IMG/VR virus record: IMGVR_UViG_3300031992_000012 | Coordinates: 128,001 to 192,000 of that record | From: a virus | Taxonomy: Duplodnaviria; Caudoviricetes | Length of the DNA stretch: 64,000 nucleotides | Reading direction: 5' to 3' (one strand) | Shown: positions 37,761 to 48,011 of the stretch, piece after piece | Numbering within the stretch: the stretch's first letter is position 1 | How the letters are laid out: each line of letters starts with the position of its first letter | Notes under the pieces: model-generated | The model's input: only the letters and a program-made list of their open reading frames with translations | Databases searched by the model: none | Told to the model about the DNA's origin: nothing | Made by a program: the position numbers and the translations under genes

Positions 37761-38767
37761 TACACATAGCCGCCGACCTGCATTTGCGTCCATGCATCTG
37801 GAAAGGCCACCCTGAAATATCGGGTGACCAGTACAGGGCGTGGGCGCAGCTTTGCAACGCGGTGGCCGAGGACCCGGACGGGGTGCTTATCCTGGCCGGC
37901 GACACGTTCGATACGCCATGCCCTTCCGGCGAGACCGAGTATGTCTTCCGGAAGGGCATGGATTTACTGCGAAGCAAAGGAAGACGCTGCCTGTTCATTT
38001 CCGGCAACCACGACATCGAGGGTATTCCCAGGCCGGTTCTCTTCGGCGCGGAGCCGCTGGACGAGCCAAGGGACATATTGGGGATGAAGGCGGCCGGCGT
38101 CCATTTCACAAGAAGTTCCACTGAGTTGCACAACACGATAGAATCGTTCCCTCCGCTCGACATCCTTGTCCTGCACACTGGTTTCCGGCATCTTCTAGGT
38201 TTCAACGAGACATGGCAGATAAGCAAGGAGGACATCCCCGATTCAATAGGGATGGTGTTCTCAGGGCATGTTCATGTCCACTCCGAGGAAGGGAAGGTAT
38301 ATTCACCAGGCAGCCTGGCCCTGCACAGGGCGGACGAGATAGACAAAGGCCACGGGTGGTTCATTGTAAACCCGGCCGACGGGTCCGTCACGTGGAGGGA
38401 GGTCATGACACGTATGTTCGTGTCCGTTGATGTGGACGCGGGGTTCAGCCTCGACTCGCTGAATCCCCTCGTCGGCAGAACGGGGGAAAAACCAGTCGTT
38501 CTTCTTAATTATCAAAATTCGGACCTGGCATTGGCCGACGCGGTCATAGACAGGTTCAAGGAAAGCCTGTTTTTCGTAAGAAACGCCCGCGCGGCCGAAA
38601 AGGCGCAGGTAATTGAGGACACGGAGGCGACGGCGTTCGACCCGTCGGTCGTTGCCACGGACTATTTCACAAAAAAACTGAGCACGGAGCAACGGGAGCT
38701 GGCGGTGGAGATGATGACCGCCAACGATCCGGCGTCCGTACTTGCAAGATTCATCGAAAGGGGATGA
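37757..38767 (+). CDS. SbcD/Mre11-like nuclease
   Basis: ADLH, AGDTFD, GNHD, GHVH, SPGS. Confidence 0.88.
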   Translation: MIHIAADLHLRPCIWKGHPEISGDQYRAWAQLCNAVAEDPDGVLILAGDTFDTPCPSGETEYVFRKGMDLLRSKGRRCLFISGNHDIEGIPRPVLFGAEPLDEPRDILGMKAAGVHFTRSSTELHNTIESFPPLDILVLHTGFRHLLGFNETWQISKEDIPDSIGMVFSGHVHVHSEEGKVYSPGSLALHRADEIDKGHGWFIVNPADGSVTWREVMTRMFVSVDVDAGFSLDSLNPLVGRTGEKPVVLLNYQNSDLALADAVIDRFKESLFFVRNARAAEKAQVIEDTEATAFDPSVVATDYFTKKLSTEQRELAVEMMTANDPASVLARFIERG

Positions 38768-38768
38768 C

Positions 38769-39155
38769 ATGGATATCAAATTTACAAAAACGCATCTATG
38801 GGTACGCGAGCTTGAGGGGGGAGTGCTGCTGATGGGTCTTAGCGGACACGCTGTCATGTCCCTCGAAAGGGTCGAGTACATAGACACGGAGATTTTACAA
38901 CGCGTTGTAAAATCGGGCGAGGACATGGGCAGCGTGGAATCCACAAAAACCGCAAGCTCAATAGTTTGCCCATTCGACCTTGAGATTCTGGACAAACGTG
39001 ACGGGACGGAGATAGACCTTGACAAGTTCAACGAGAACCCGGAAAGCGAGGACAACTGGCTCTACAAGGTTTCACCGAAAGGCGACTACAAGGAAGCCCT
39101 TATGAGCGCGGAAGACTACGCAAAGACGCTGGGCATGCCCGATGAAACTGCTTGA
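38769..39155 (+). CDS. glycine cleavage H-like lipoyl-carrier protein
   Basis: FTKTHLWV, VESTKTAS (lipoyl Lys), NENPESEDNWLYKV, LMSAEDY. Confidence 0.85.
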   Translation: MDIKFTKTHLWVRELEGGVLLMGLSGHAVMSLERVEYIDTEILQRVVKSGEDMGSVESTKTASSIVCPFDLEILDKRDGTEIDLDKFNENPESEDNWLYKVSPKGDYKEALMSAEDYAKTLGMPDETA

Positions 39156-40785
39156 CATCAAGCTAGAGAACTTCAAGAGGCACAGGAAGCTGGAGGTCCC
39201 GATACGCCCGGGTCTTGTCGGGCTAGTCGGGTCCAACGGCTCCGGGAAGTCATCGTTCCTGTCCAGCATGGCCTTCGCCATAACCGGGACCGCACTCAAC
39301 GACGACACACGGGACAAGATGATAACCTGGGGTGAGAAGAACGGAAGCGTCACGCTGACGTTCGATCACAACGGGAAGGAATTCGTCGTCACCCGCCAGT
39401 TGGGGAAGCTCAACGCCACGTTGGAAGGAGAAGATGTGTCGATAAAGGGGGTGAACCCGGTCAACGCCGAAATGCAGCGGATGGCCGGCACACCGTTTGA
39501 CTTGTTCAAGGGCGTCATGTTTGTCGCGCAGGCGGCGCTTGACACACCGCTTCGCGGAACAGAGGCATCAAGAAAGGAGGCCTTCGGCAGACTGTTCGAC
39601 TGCCAGCGTTTCGACCGGCTGCGTGATGTGCTGCAGGAGGGAATATCCCGGCTGCAGGGTCAATGCTCGTCGATCAACGCGGGAACCATGGATGAACTCA
39701 ACCGGAGGGTCTCGGAGACCGAAGCCTCGTTACAGAGCGTGAACAAGGAGATAGAAGACCTGAAGGCAGAACTGGCGGATTTCGATCTGCCTGCGCTGTA
39801 CAAGGTTATGAATTCCGTGGCCAAGGATGAGGCAACATTGGCCAAGGTAAGGAACGACCTGCGGAGATTCGAGGAGTCTCTGAAGGCGTTCGAGGACTGC
39901 GACGTCGGCAAATGGGACGCCGCAAAGAACGCCAGGGAAACGGCATGGTACGACTCCATACTGAAATTCCACGACACAGGCGTCTGCCCGATGTGTAAAC
40001 GCCCGGCCGAGAAGCCTCCAATCCCGAAGGAGGAGGCGCTTGCCCGTAAGGACGAGCTTGTAGCGGAGAAAGTAAGGATGGAGGACAAAATCAGGCTTCT
40101 AAAAATGCACGCGGAGGCGTCCGACTGGCTTAGAAGGCTGGAAAGCGCGGAACACACGCAGGAGGAGATAACCCAGGCGTCAAACAGAATAAGACAACAC
40201 ACGCAGTTGGAATGCGAACTGCGGGAAAAGATGTCGAGAAGGGGCTGGTGCGAAGGGACGCTAGCCGATACGAGAAGGGCGATAGAGGACGCCGGGAGAA
40301 AGCTGGAGGCTACGGAAAGAGCCCGTCGGAGTATAGAAACTCTGGAAGCCGTGCGGAACGCCTTCCACCGTGACTGTGTCCAGAAAGCGATACGGTCGTA
40401 CGGTGCGAGACAGATAAACGACAGGCTCGCCGGGTATCTGGCAATCTTCAGCCTACCCTATCTACCATCGTTCGACGACGACGGTCTGCTCAGGTTCATG
40501 GACCCGGCGTCCAAGACGACGCACGAATTCGCGGATTTGAGTGGCGGCCAGGGGAACCTGGTCGCACTGGCGTACCGCCTTGCGCTCATGCAGATGTTTT
40601 CGGGAAACGTCCGCGTGGCGATTCTCGACGAACCAACCTACGGGGTCGACAAGCAGAACCTTGAGGCTATGTGCGAGTCGTTCAAGGCGCTGTCCGAATA
40701 CGCCGGGCAGCGGGGCTTGAGCATATTCGTCGCAACGCACGAGGAGGCGCTGTTTCCCTCGTTCGACCAGGTAATCCAACTATGA
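39142..40785 (+). CDS. SbcC/Rad50-like ATPase
   Basis: GSNGSGKSS, CPMC zinc hook, LSGGQ, ILDEPT, ATH. Confidence 0.92.
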   Translation: MKLLDIKLENFKRHRKLEVPIRPGLVGLVGSNGSGKSSFLSSMAFAITGTALNDDTRDKMITWGEKNGSVTLTFDHNGKEFVVTRQLGKLNATLEGEDVSIKGVNPVNAEMQRMAGTPFDLFKGVMFVAQAALDTPLRGTEASRKEAFGRLFDCQRFDRLRDVLQEGISRLQGQCSSINAGTMDELNRRVSETEASLQSVNKEIEDLKAELADFDLPALYKVMNSVAKDEATLAKVRNDLRRFEESLKAFEDCDVGKWDAAKNARETAWYDSILKFHDTGVCPMCKRPAEKPPIPKEEALARKDELVAEKVRMEDKIRLLKMHAEASDWLRRLESAEHTQEEITQASNRIRQHTQLECELREKMSRRGWCEGTLADTRRAIEDAGRKLEATERARRSIETLEAVRNAFHRDCVQKAIRSYGARQINDRLAGYLAIFSLPYLPSFDDDGLLRFMDPASKTTHEFADLSGGQGNLVALAYRLALMQMFSGNVRVAILDEPTYGVDKQNLEAMCESFKALSEYAGQRGLSIFVATHEEALFPSFDQVIQL

Positions 40786-41213
40786 TTGACTTAGCGATGC
40801 CCGGAGGAAGGTACGTCGTCAAGCACGAAATGGAAGCGCAAGACTTAAAGACAAGAATGTCCCATATGAACGATTTGTTCAGGCAGGACAACACTGAGCA
40901 GGTGGCAGAAAGCACGCCTCGGGTTCAGGAGACAAAAAAGAAGACTCAGGAACCAAAGGAAGAGGCCACTATGAGCAAACAAGAAGCAAAGGAAGAAAGA
41001 AGCGAACGAGACATCCTGTTTGAAAACATCCAACAGGACCTCAGCAACCTGTCCGTTGATTTCGACAGGGTGAAGGAATTGATGACCGGCGTCGGCGACG
41101 GCGAAGAGGTCAAGAAGCTTGAAGCGGAGAACGAGGAACTGAAAAAGCAGATTGCCGAGCTCAAGGTCAAGGCCGACAAGCTCGACGCTTTGATGTCCAT
41201 AATGGGTCGCTGA
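40782..41213 (+). CDS. coiled-coil hypothetical protein
   Basis: Likely start at 40782, coupled to sbcC. Confidence 0.55.
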   Translation: MIDLAMPGGRYVVKHEMEAQDLKTRMSHMNDLFRQDNTEQVAESTPRVQETKKKTQEPKEEATMSKQEAKEERSERDILFENIQQDLSNLSVDFDRVKELMTGVGDGEEVKKLEAENEELKKQIAELKVKADKLDALMSIMGR

Positions 41214-41214
41214 T

Positions 41215-42672
41215 TTGATGACCCCCGGGAAGTTCTCCGTGGTATTGCGGAGGGACAGCGACAGCCCGTTAATCGAGCTGTCGCCCTGGTACCCCCCTCT
41301 TGAACGGATACTCGTATATGAAACTCAGACCTTCGACCCCCGCAACAGGTATCCCGTCGTTGAGAAGAAGGCGTTGTTCTACAAGACAGACAAGGACGGA
41401 ATGACCGTCGGGTACTTCCCGGCGGGCATGCTACGCCGGGTGGTCAAGTGTCTTCGTGACGCCGGATGCGAAATGACGGCAATCGACGACAGGGACCGCT
41501 CAAGGTATTTCCCGGAGCCAGACTTGTCCGCCGCAGGTGAACTGCGCGAGGGGCAGCAGGAGGTGCTGGACGCCATAATCAAGTCCGACGTTGGCATGAT
41601 AGTGTGTAGCACCGGTTTCGGGAAGAGTTTCATAATCTCCGCCTTGACAATGATTTACAAAAAGTCAAGGTTTCTCATAATAGCCCCTGGCATTGCAGAG
41701 ACTGAAAATCTGTACAGCAGGATAGCCAAGCTGACCAACGACGTAAGCATGCTTGGAGGAGGAAGCCCGGGAAGCCTTGACGCGCGGATAATAGTGTCCA
41801 CGAGCAAGTCCTTCCACAAGGTGGACATGTCCAAGATTGACTTTGTGCTGTTCGACGAGGCGCACGGATGCGGCAACAACAAGGTGTCGCAGACGCTGCT
41901 GGACAATATCAGGGGAAGCAGGATATTCGGCTTCACGGCCTCCCCGAAGGGAAGGTCGGACAAGGCCGACATGGTCATGGAGGCGTTATTCGGTCCCCCG
42001 ATAATCGACTTTACTTACCAGGACACGCAGGCGATGGGAAACGTCACGCCCATCGAGGTGCAGTTGTGGGACGTTCCTGGCGAAATACCCAGCAGCAAGT
42101 CGAGGTTCGGGAACGCGATGACGCAGAACAGGCGCCGGTTCTACTGGAACAACGCGGAGCGCAACAGGCTTATAAAGGCCATTGCCGACTCTGTCCCGGA
42201 GGACGAGCAGGTTCTTGTCATGGTCGACACGGTGGAGCACCTCATCCGGCTGGGCAGCACGATGCCGGATTTCGCCTTGATATGCGGGGACGGCAACGAC
42301 CTCGCCGCCGAGGCGAAAGCGAGAAAGCTTCCGTTGACCAACCGACTTGGGGACACCAAGGAGGAGTACGAGAAACTTGTGGATGAGTTCAGGACAGGGA
42401 AGCTAAGACGGGCCATTTCCACATTCCGGTGGAAGCAAGCCGTCGACTTTCCTGAACTGAGCGTGCTGATAAGGGGCGACGGCTCCAAGTCGGCAATCCT
42501 CGCCACGCAGGTGCCTGGGCGGCTGTCAAGACTGTCCCCGGGCAAGGAGCGTGGTCTGCTTGTAGATTTCATCGACAGGTTCAACCCCTCCGCCATGCGA
42601 AAGTCACTGGCGCGAATAAGGGAATACAAAGAAAAAGGATGGACCATAAACAGAATGGGCGTGTTCAAGTAG
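41215..42672 (+). CDS. SF2 helicase (UvsW-like)
   Basis: STGFGKS, DEAH, TASP, QVPGRLSR. Confidence 0.9.
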   Translation: MMTPGKFSVVLRRDSDSPLIELSPWYPPLERILVYETQTFDPRNRYPVVEKKALFYKTDKDGMTVGYFPAGMLRRVVKCLRDAGCEMTAIDDRDRSRYFPEPDLSAAGELREGQQEVLDAIIKSDVGMIVCSTGFGKSFIISALTMIYKKSRFLIIAPGIAETENLYSRIAKLTNDVSMLGGGSPGSLDARIIVSTSKSFHKVDMSKIDFVLFDEAHGCGNNKVSQTLLDNIRGSRIFGFTASPKGRSDKADMVMEALFGPPIIDFTYQDTQAMGNVTPIEVQLWDVPGEIPSSKSRFGNAMTQNRRRFYWNNAERNRLIKAIADSVPEDEQVLVMVDTVEHLIRLGSTMPDFALICGDGNDLAAEAKARKLPLTNRLGDTKEEYEKLVDEFRTGKLRRAISTFRWKQAVDFPELSVLIRGDGSKSAILATQVPGRLSRLSPGKERGLLVDFIDRFNPSAMRKSLARIREYKEKGWTINRMGVFK

Positions 42673-43175
42673 TCTTCGGGGAGTTGGCCGGGAAGCTTCT
42701 CGGGGACGCGGCACGCCCGCTGACGCCGGAATCGCTGTCACACATAAAGCAGTTGTGCGACAGCAGGGGCGTCGGGAATGAGTCCTACGCACGCTGGTGG
42801 CTTGAGACAAACGGCCGTGCACGCATGTTCAGGAACATAGTCATGTCTACAAAGACCGACTCGTCGTTCCTTGAATGGGTGGACAGCCAGCGTCTCATGT
42901 CGCCGGTGATGATTAAATTGCAGCTCGACGAGTTGCAGGTGGCTGTCAAGACGTCGTATCTACCGCCGGAGAAGTTGTTTTCCAGGCGTGTGAGAGGGGT
43001 GTCCCCCCTTGTCCAATACACGATGGCGAGATATCTTGGCTACCCGAACTCGGTTGAGTGGCTCCAGCAGGAGGCTTCTGAGGAAGCTTCGGCAAAGCCA
43101 TGGCTTGCCGAGCAACTGACGAAGTTCAAGGAACCACCGGAGCAGAAAGAAAATGCCGACAAAGGACGAAGCTGA
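42639..43175 (+). CDS. hypothetical protein
   Basis: 178 aa ORF between the two helicases. Confidence 0.55.
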   Translation: MDHKQNGRVQVVFGELAGKLLGDAARPLTPESLSHIKQLCDSRGVGNESYARWWLETNGRARMFRNIVMSTKTDSSFLEWVDSQRLMSPVMIKLQLDELQVAVKTSYLPPEKLFSRRVRGVSPLVQYTMARYLGYPNSVEWLQQEASEEASAKPWLAEQLTKFKEPPEQKENADKGRS

Positions 43176-44649
43176 CTATCTCGTAGCGTCACTGGCGCTT
43201 TTCGCACCATTGCGTCTAAGCGCCATAATGCGATGCGGGGACCTGCAGCTATTCGACCCGCTCGTGTTCCCCGCCCAGGCGATGATCTGGGAGGTGATAA
43301 CACGGATGAACGATGTCTCGCCCGATAAAATCGGCGTTGTTGCCATTGCCTGTGAACTGAAAAGCAGGAACAACCAGTCTGCCGACCACGAGGCTCTGGA
43401 GGAGGCGCTGAACCTCCTGAACGAGATGCTCGAGCTGGCCGACGACGCCTTCATAGAGGCATATGCTGAAAAGATTCTGTCCGCCTTCCTGGCACAGGCC
43501 AAGAAAGCGGACATAGTCAAACGACTGCAGGAGGCCAAGAACATCGACGAGCTGTCCAGGGCGGTGAACGACTCCGCCGAGGACGTGGCAGGCATGATGA
43601 CCGAGGGAGAGCCGGACATAGAGATGCCGCTGCTGGACCCGGACACGTACATGCCCCAGTTGGAGAAGATACCGACCGGCGTCGACTGGATTGACTACCT
43701 GTCAGGCGGAGGGCACTGCCCAGGCGAAATGATTGGCATACTTGGACCACAGGGCGGCGGAAAGACACTGACCGCCACCAGCATACTTGTGGCCCAGGCG
43801 AAGCGCGAACGCAACGCGCTGTTGATAACCTACGAGCAAGGAACCCCCGGCGACGTGTCCCACCGTCTTTTCACAAGACTGCTGGACGACGCCGACGGCG
43901 ACCTGCTTCGGGACTACAACGGCTCCCTCTACCCGGAACTGAGGGGCAAGCGTGTGGACGTCAGCTTCTTCCGCAAATACAACAGAAGGCAATGGCCGCA
44001 GGCTGTTACCGACCGCTACAACGAGCTGATTGGAAGATACGGGCGGTATGTGACGACGCTCGACTTCTCCAAGGCCATCGACCCGCGTTCCAACAAGCTG
44101 AACGGAACAAAAGGCGTCGCGGACATAGACGCCGCCGTGCAGTGGTACAGGAACCACGACAGGAAGGTGACCTATCTCATCATAGACTGGCTGTGGCCGG
44201 CGGTCACCCGCTGGTTCTACAACCAGAGCGACAAGCGGCTTAGCGACGAACTCAAGTGCGCCACGCAGTTTGTCTACAATCTCAAGCAGTTGACTGAGCG
44301 CGAGGGGCTTATAACCATCGTGTTCCATCAGCTAGACAACGAGCACGCTCGTGCGGCGCCAAACGTGCAACCCAATGTCACGCACGCCCTCAACATGCAC
44401 TCGTTCTCGCAGGTGATGCAGCATTGCTACGTCATCGGGAACAGGGACAAGGAGACGGACGTGATGTGGCTGGGAAACGACAAGGCCAGGACAGGCGTGC
44501 CACAATACATACTTGGAAAGATGGACGGCGCGATGGGTGTCATCGAACGCACCGACGGCTATGAGCTGTCTCGCGGCCGCTTCCTTCCCAAGGACAGCAT
44601 AGTAAGCGAGGAGCCCGAATCGGAGGCTCCCGTGAACAGGTACCTATAA
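43153..44649 (+). CDS. replicative DnaB-like helicase
   Basis: IPTG, GPQGGGKT, ITYEQ, IIDW, HQL, DKAR. Confidence 0.85.
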   Translation: MPTKDEADYLVASLALFAPLRLSAIMRCGDLQLFDPLVFPAQAMIWEVITRMNDVSPDKIGVVAIACELKSRNNQSADHEALEEALNLLNEMLELADDAFIEAYAEKILSAFLAQAKKADIVKRLQEAKNIDELSRAVNDSAEDVAGMMTEGEPDIEMPLLDPDTYMPQLEKIPTGVDWIDYLSGGGHCPGEMIGILGPQGGGKTLTATSILVAQAKRERNALLITYEQGTPGDVSHRLFTRLLDDADGDLLRDYNGSLYPELRGKRVDVSFFRKYNRRQWPQAVTDRYNELIGRYGRYVTTLDFSKAIDPRSNKLNGTKGVADIDAAVQWYRNHDRKVTYLIIDWLWPAVTRWFYNQSDKRLSDELKCATQFVYNLKQLTEREGLITIVFHQLDNEHARAAPNVQPNVTHALNMHSFSQVMQHCYVIGNRDKETDVMWLGNDKARTGVPQYILGKMDGAMGVIERTDGYELSRGRFLPKDSIVSEEPESEAPVNRYL

Positions 44650-45707
44650 TGCTCAACAGGCAGTTATACGAAGCCCTTCATAGAGAGTTCGGGAATGTGC
44701 ACATATACTCGGCGGAGGAACCCGCCATGTTCACCGTGCGCAGACGGACTGTCCTGGACAGAGGGGGCAAGGACTGGGGAGAGAACGTTAAAGGGGGAGA
44801 GCATTACGCTGTCAGATGCCCTTTCTGCGGATACCCGACCCTTTGGTTCTCGTACCTCGCCGGAGCCGTAATGGACGTCGCCAGCGGCGAGCCAATATGG
44901 TTCCCAAGGGGACTCATGATTTGCTACCACTGCCTCGAGACGAACAAGAAGGAAAAACGTGAGGAAATATGGAAACGGTTGCAGAAGGAGGGCGAGGTAT
45001 TCAGGGTCAAGGAGGGTGCGGGCGACAAATTTGCTGCACTCGACTCTGGACTGCCTGGTGAAACTGGTCCTGCTCCTGCTATCGCTTTTCCGGCTGGCTG
45101 TGGAATCGCTTCTAGCGGCGTGCCGGAAAAAGTCAGGGAATACCTCAGGGAGAGAGACGTAGACCCGGTCGAGCTCCAAAGGGAGTGCGCCGCCTGCTGG
45201 TGTGAAAACGCGGCGGGCGACGGTGTCGGCCGAATCACGTTCCCGGTCTACAAGAACAGCCAACTGGTTGGATGGCAGGGCCGCGCCTTGCCTGAAGACG
45301 TGTCCAGGGGGAAACCCAAGTACTGGACATGCGGCAGCAAAGCCGGTTGGCTGTTCAACATGGACAGGGCCCGCTGGTTCCCTTTCGGCGTCCTCGTGGA
45401 GGGCGTCTTCGATTGCTTCCGGGTAGGCGTGCAAGGGGTATGCCGCTTCGGAAAGACCACCAGCATAGCGCAGCTCAGGATGCTCCGGAGTTTCTGGGGC
45501 GACCAGGGGCTTGTGATATTGCCGGACATGAACGACCCTTCCGCGTGGGACGACGCCGACAAGGAGGCCACCGAGTGGAACGCCCGTGGCCTCTTCAAGG
45601 ACGGCGTGAAGCTTGTCAGGCTGCCGGCCGGGAGAGACCCCGGTTCAATGAAGCACTCCGAGCTGGCTGCCCTGATAAAGGAGCAGACGGGGAGGGAGCT
45701 TGCATGA
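44649..45707 (+). CDS. DNA primase
   Basis: CPFC...CYHC zinc finger, GWQGR, PKY, VEGVFD, PDMND, DPG. Confidence 0.88.
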   Translation: MLNRQLYEALHREFGNVHIYSAEEPAMFTVRRRTVLDRGGKDWGENVKGGEHYAVRCPFCGYPTLWFSYLAGAVMDVASGEPIWFPRGLMICYHCLETNKKEKREEIWKRLQKEGEVFRVKEGAGDKFAALDSGLPGETGPAPAIAFPAGCGIASSGVPEKVREYLRERDVDPVELQRECAACWCENAAGDGVGRITFPVYKNSQLVGWQGRALPEDVSRGKPKYWTCGSKAGWLFNMDRARWFPFGVLVEGVFDCFRVGVQGVCRFGKTTSIAQLRMLRSFWGDQGLVILPDMNDPSAWDDADKEATEWNARGLFKDGVKLVRLPAGRDPGSMKHSELAALIKEQTGRELA

Positions 45708-45961
45708 AATGGCAGAAGGAGCTTTCACAGTTAATCTCATGCGGATGGGAGCCGTTGTTTGAACAAGGGAGGTTCGCGATCCGTTCAAAGTCGAGAACCC
45801 CGACCATTACGCTGTATCCGCCGCAAGGCATATACGGAACATGGTTTGTCAGACTTATTAAATCACCGGATTCCGACACAGGAGTATATATGGCCGGTGA
45901 TGACGCGTTTGACCTATTGCAAGGGCTGGGCCAGGCGATTGACAGGGATACACACCCATAA
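45704..45961 (+). CDS. hypothetical protein
   Basis: MKWQKELSQL..., coupled to the primase. Confidence 0.55.
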   Translation: MKWQKELSQLISCGWEPLFEQGRFAIRSKSRTPTITLYPPQGIYGTWFVRLIKSPDSDTGVYMAGDDAFDLLQGLGQAIDRDTHP

Positions 45962-45985
45962 TTTTACGAAGGAAAAGGAAAGAAA

Positions 45986-46573
45986 ATGAATAAACCTAAT
46001 TCTCCAGCTCAGTGGTTTGCCCGCTGCCGGTCACTGGGTTGGTCAACAACAAACAGCGGAGGAACAATAACGGCAACGTCACCACGGAAGACGGTGATTA
46101 CATACGATACAAAGAAAGGAAAATTCACATCAGGTTCGATTGTCGAAGGGGATTTTGTAAGATTAATAAATCTGCTCATAGACGTCTACGGACGGGCTAG
46201 CCATGAGCATCGCAAGAACCTGCAGAACGCCAAGATGGATACGAAGGAGCTTTTCGCCCTGCTGGACATCTGCCAGCAGAAGGAGGAGAAGACTCCGTTC
46301 GATTCCTGGAAGCCTGCGGGCGACGGCCGGCTCTGCCTGGATTACAGCATAGGTCCGCTGGTCGTGTCGGCGACGGTGAACGATGACTGCTCGTGGACAG
46401 TGTCGATGAGCGACGGCGGTCCGTGCGACAGGACCGAGACCGGTAAAGCCGACAGTTTCATGAACGCCAAGCTCCAGGTGGACGAGATGCTGCTTGAATG
46501 GACGGATGAAGTCATCTGTACAGGAAAGTACGCTCTTAAGCTGAACTCAAGGATAAAGGGGGTAATTGAATGA
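45986..46573 (+). CDS. hypothetical protein
   Basis: 195 aa ORF with RBS. Confidence 0.55.
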   Translation: MNKPNSPAQWFARCRSLGWSTTNSGGTITATSPRKTVITYDTKKGKFTSGSIVEGDFVRLINLLIDVYGRASHEHRKNLQNAKMDTKELFALLDICQQKEEKTPFDSWKPAGDGRLCLDYSIGPLVVSATVNDDCSWTVSMSDGGPCDRTETGKADSFMNAKLQVDEMLLEWTDEVICTGKYALKLNSRIKGVIE

Positions 46574-47256
46574 AACAACCTCTCAACGCCCTCGAAGCCA
46601 AGACCGAGGAGGGCGGCCTTGTCGGTTATGTCGAATTCTGTAACGCCATGGGGCAGGAGCTCGACATAATAAACGCGGCGCGGGAATGCAGGGGCGGCCA
46701 CTACGACGAACTGAGCGAGAACGCCGTGAAACTTCTTGGCGCGCTCCTGGAGCACGAACACATGTCCGTGTTCGAACACGCCATCGTGGCCTACCGAATA
46801 ACGTGCCCGATATTCACAAGAACACACCTGTTCCGGTACAGGACAGCCTCCGTGACAGAATTGTCAGGCCGCATAAAGCACGACAGCATAGACGTCTGGA
46901 TACCCGACGAGTTCCGTAACAAGAACGAGGTCGACGCGGGACGCAAGCAGCAGTTGCGAGCCCTGTATCTCAGTGCGGTTCATACTTCCGTGGCGGCCTA
47001 CAAGACCATGATTGACGGAGGCGTCCCGGCCGAGCAGGCCCGTGCAGTGCTTCCTCAGGGAATGTTCACGACGTTCCGGTACACCATCGACCTGCGCAAT
47101 TTCATACACATATGGAATGAGCGCACAGCCAACGGTGTCCAATCGGAGACGAAGGCGGTGGTAATGGCGATGGCAGAATGCGCGCGTCGCCGTTTCCCGA
47201 ACATAGGCTGGATGCTTGGATGGCCGGAACCGCGAGAGAGCAAAGAGGAAGAATGA
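46570..47256 (+). CDS. thyX: FAD-dependent thymidylate synthase
   Basis: HMSVFEH, RYRTASVTELSGR, EQARAVLP, DLRNF. Confidence 0.9.
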   Translation: MKQPLNALEAKTEEGGLVGYVEFCNAMGQELDIINAARECRGGHYDELSENAVKLLGALLEHEHMSVFEHAIVAYRITCPIFTRTHLFRYRTASVTELSGRIKHDSIDVWIPDEFRNKNEVDAGRKQQLRALYLSAVHTSVAAYKTMIDGGVPAEQARAVLPQGMFTTFRYTIDLRNFIHIWNERTANGVQSETKAVVMAMAECARRRFPNIGWMLGWPEPRESKEEE

Positions 47257-48011
47257 GAATACTTGCATTGGCGGACCTTCACTCCACGCCCGGGAACGAA
47301 AAAGCCATGCGGCAGGCGGCGGAGGAAAGCAAAAAGGACGACATAGACGTCGTGGTCATAGCCGGGGACATATCCGACTGGGGCATAGGGTATGCGTTCG
47401 AAAGCCTGCATAACCTGTTCGACGTCCCTGTCGTCTTCTGCCTCGGCAACCACGAGTTCGCACGGCGCACTGTGGCGGATGTGATGAAAAGATGCAACCA
47501 GCAGCAGGGGTTGTATTTTGGCAAGAACATCTACTGCCTTGACGTCGTGCGGACCGTTACCATAAAAGGCGTCACATTTGGCGGCAACGTGTTGTGGTAC
47601 GATGGTTCACTCAGCAACATGGATGAAGAATCCAAGAGAAAGGCGGTTGAACACATCAACCCCCACTGGCTGGACGCGTCAATCAAGGACTTCGACGTAT
47701 TGTCCGAGAACAGGCTGTGCGTCGAAAGAATAATGCACCTTAAAGAGGCCGACGGTCCGAAGGTGCTGGTTACACACACCGTGCCCCATAAGGAGCTTAA
47801 CTGGTTTGAGACAAACATGCCGGACAGCCCCTTCAACATCTACTCAGGAATGGCTGACCTTATATCGAAGGTCCAGCCCGACGTGGCCATTTGCGGCCAT
47901 ACGCACAAACGTGTCATAGCCCGTATTGGTGATTGTCGCTGCTTCAACATAGGCAACGACTACTCCTATCGGGACGGATGGGTACTTCAAAAGGATATAA
48001 TCGAACTGTGA
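47253..48011 (+). CDS. metallophosphoesterase
   Basis: ADLH, AGDI, GNHE, THTVP, GHTH. Confidence 0.88.
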   Translation: MRILALADLHSTPGNEKAMRQAAEESKKDDIDVVVIAGDISDWGIGYAFESLHNLFDVPVVFCLGNHEFARRTVADVMKRCNQQQGLYFGKNIYCLDVVRTVTIKGVTFGGNVLWYDGSLSNMDEESKRKAVEHINPHWLDASIKDFDVLSENRLCVERIMHLKEADGPKVLVTHTVPHKELNWFETNMPDSPFNIYSGMADLISKVQPDVAICGHTHKRVIARIGDCRCFNIGNDYSYRDGWVLQKDIIEL

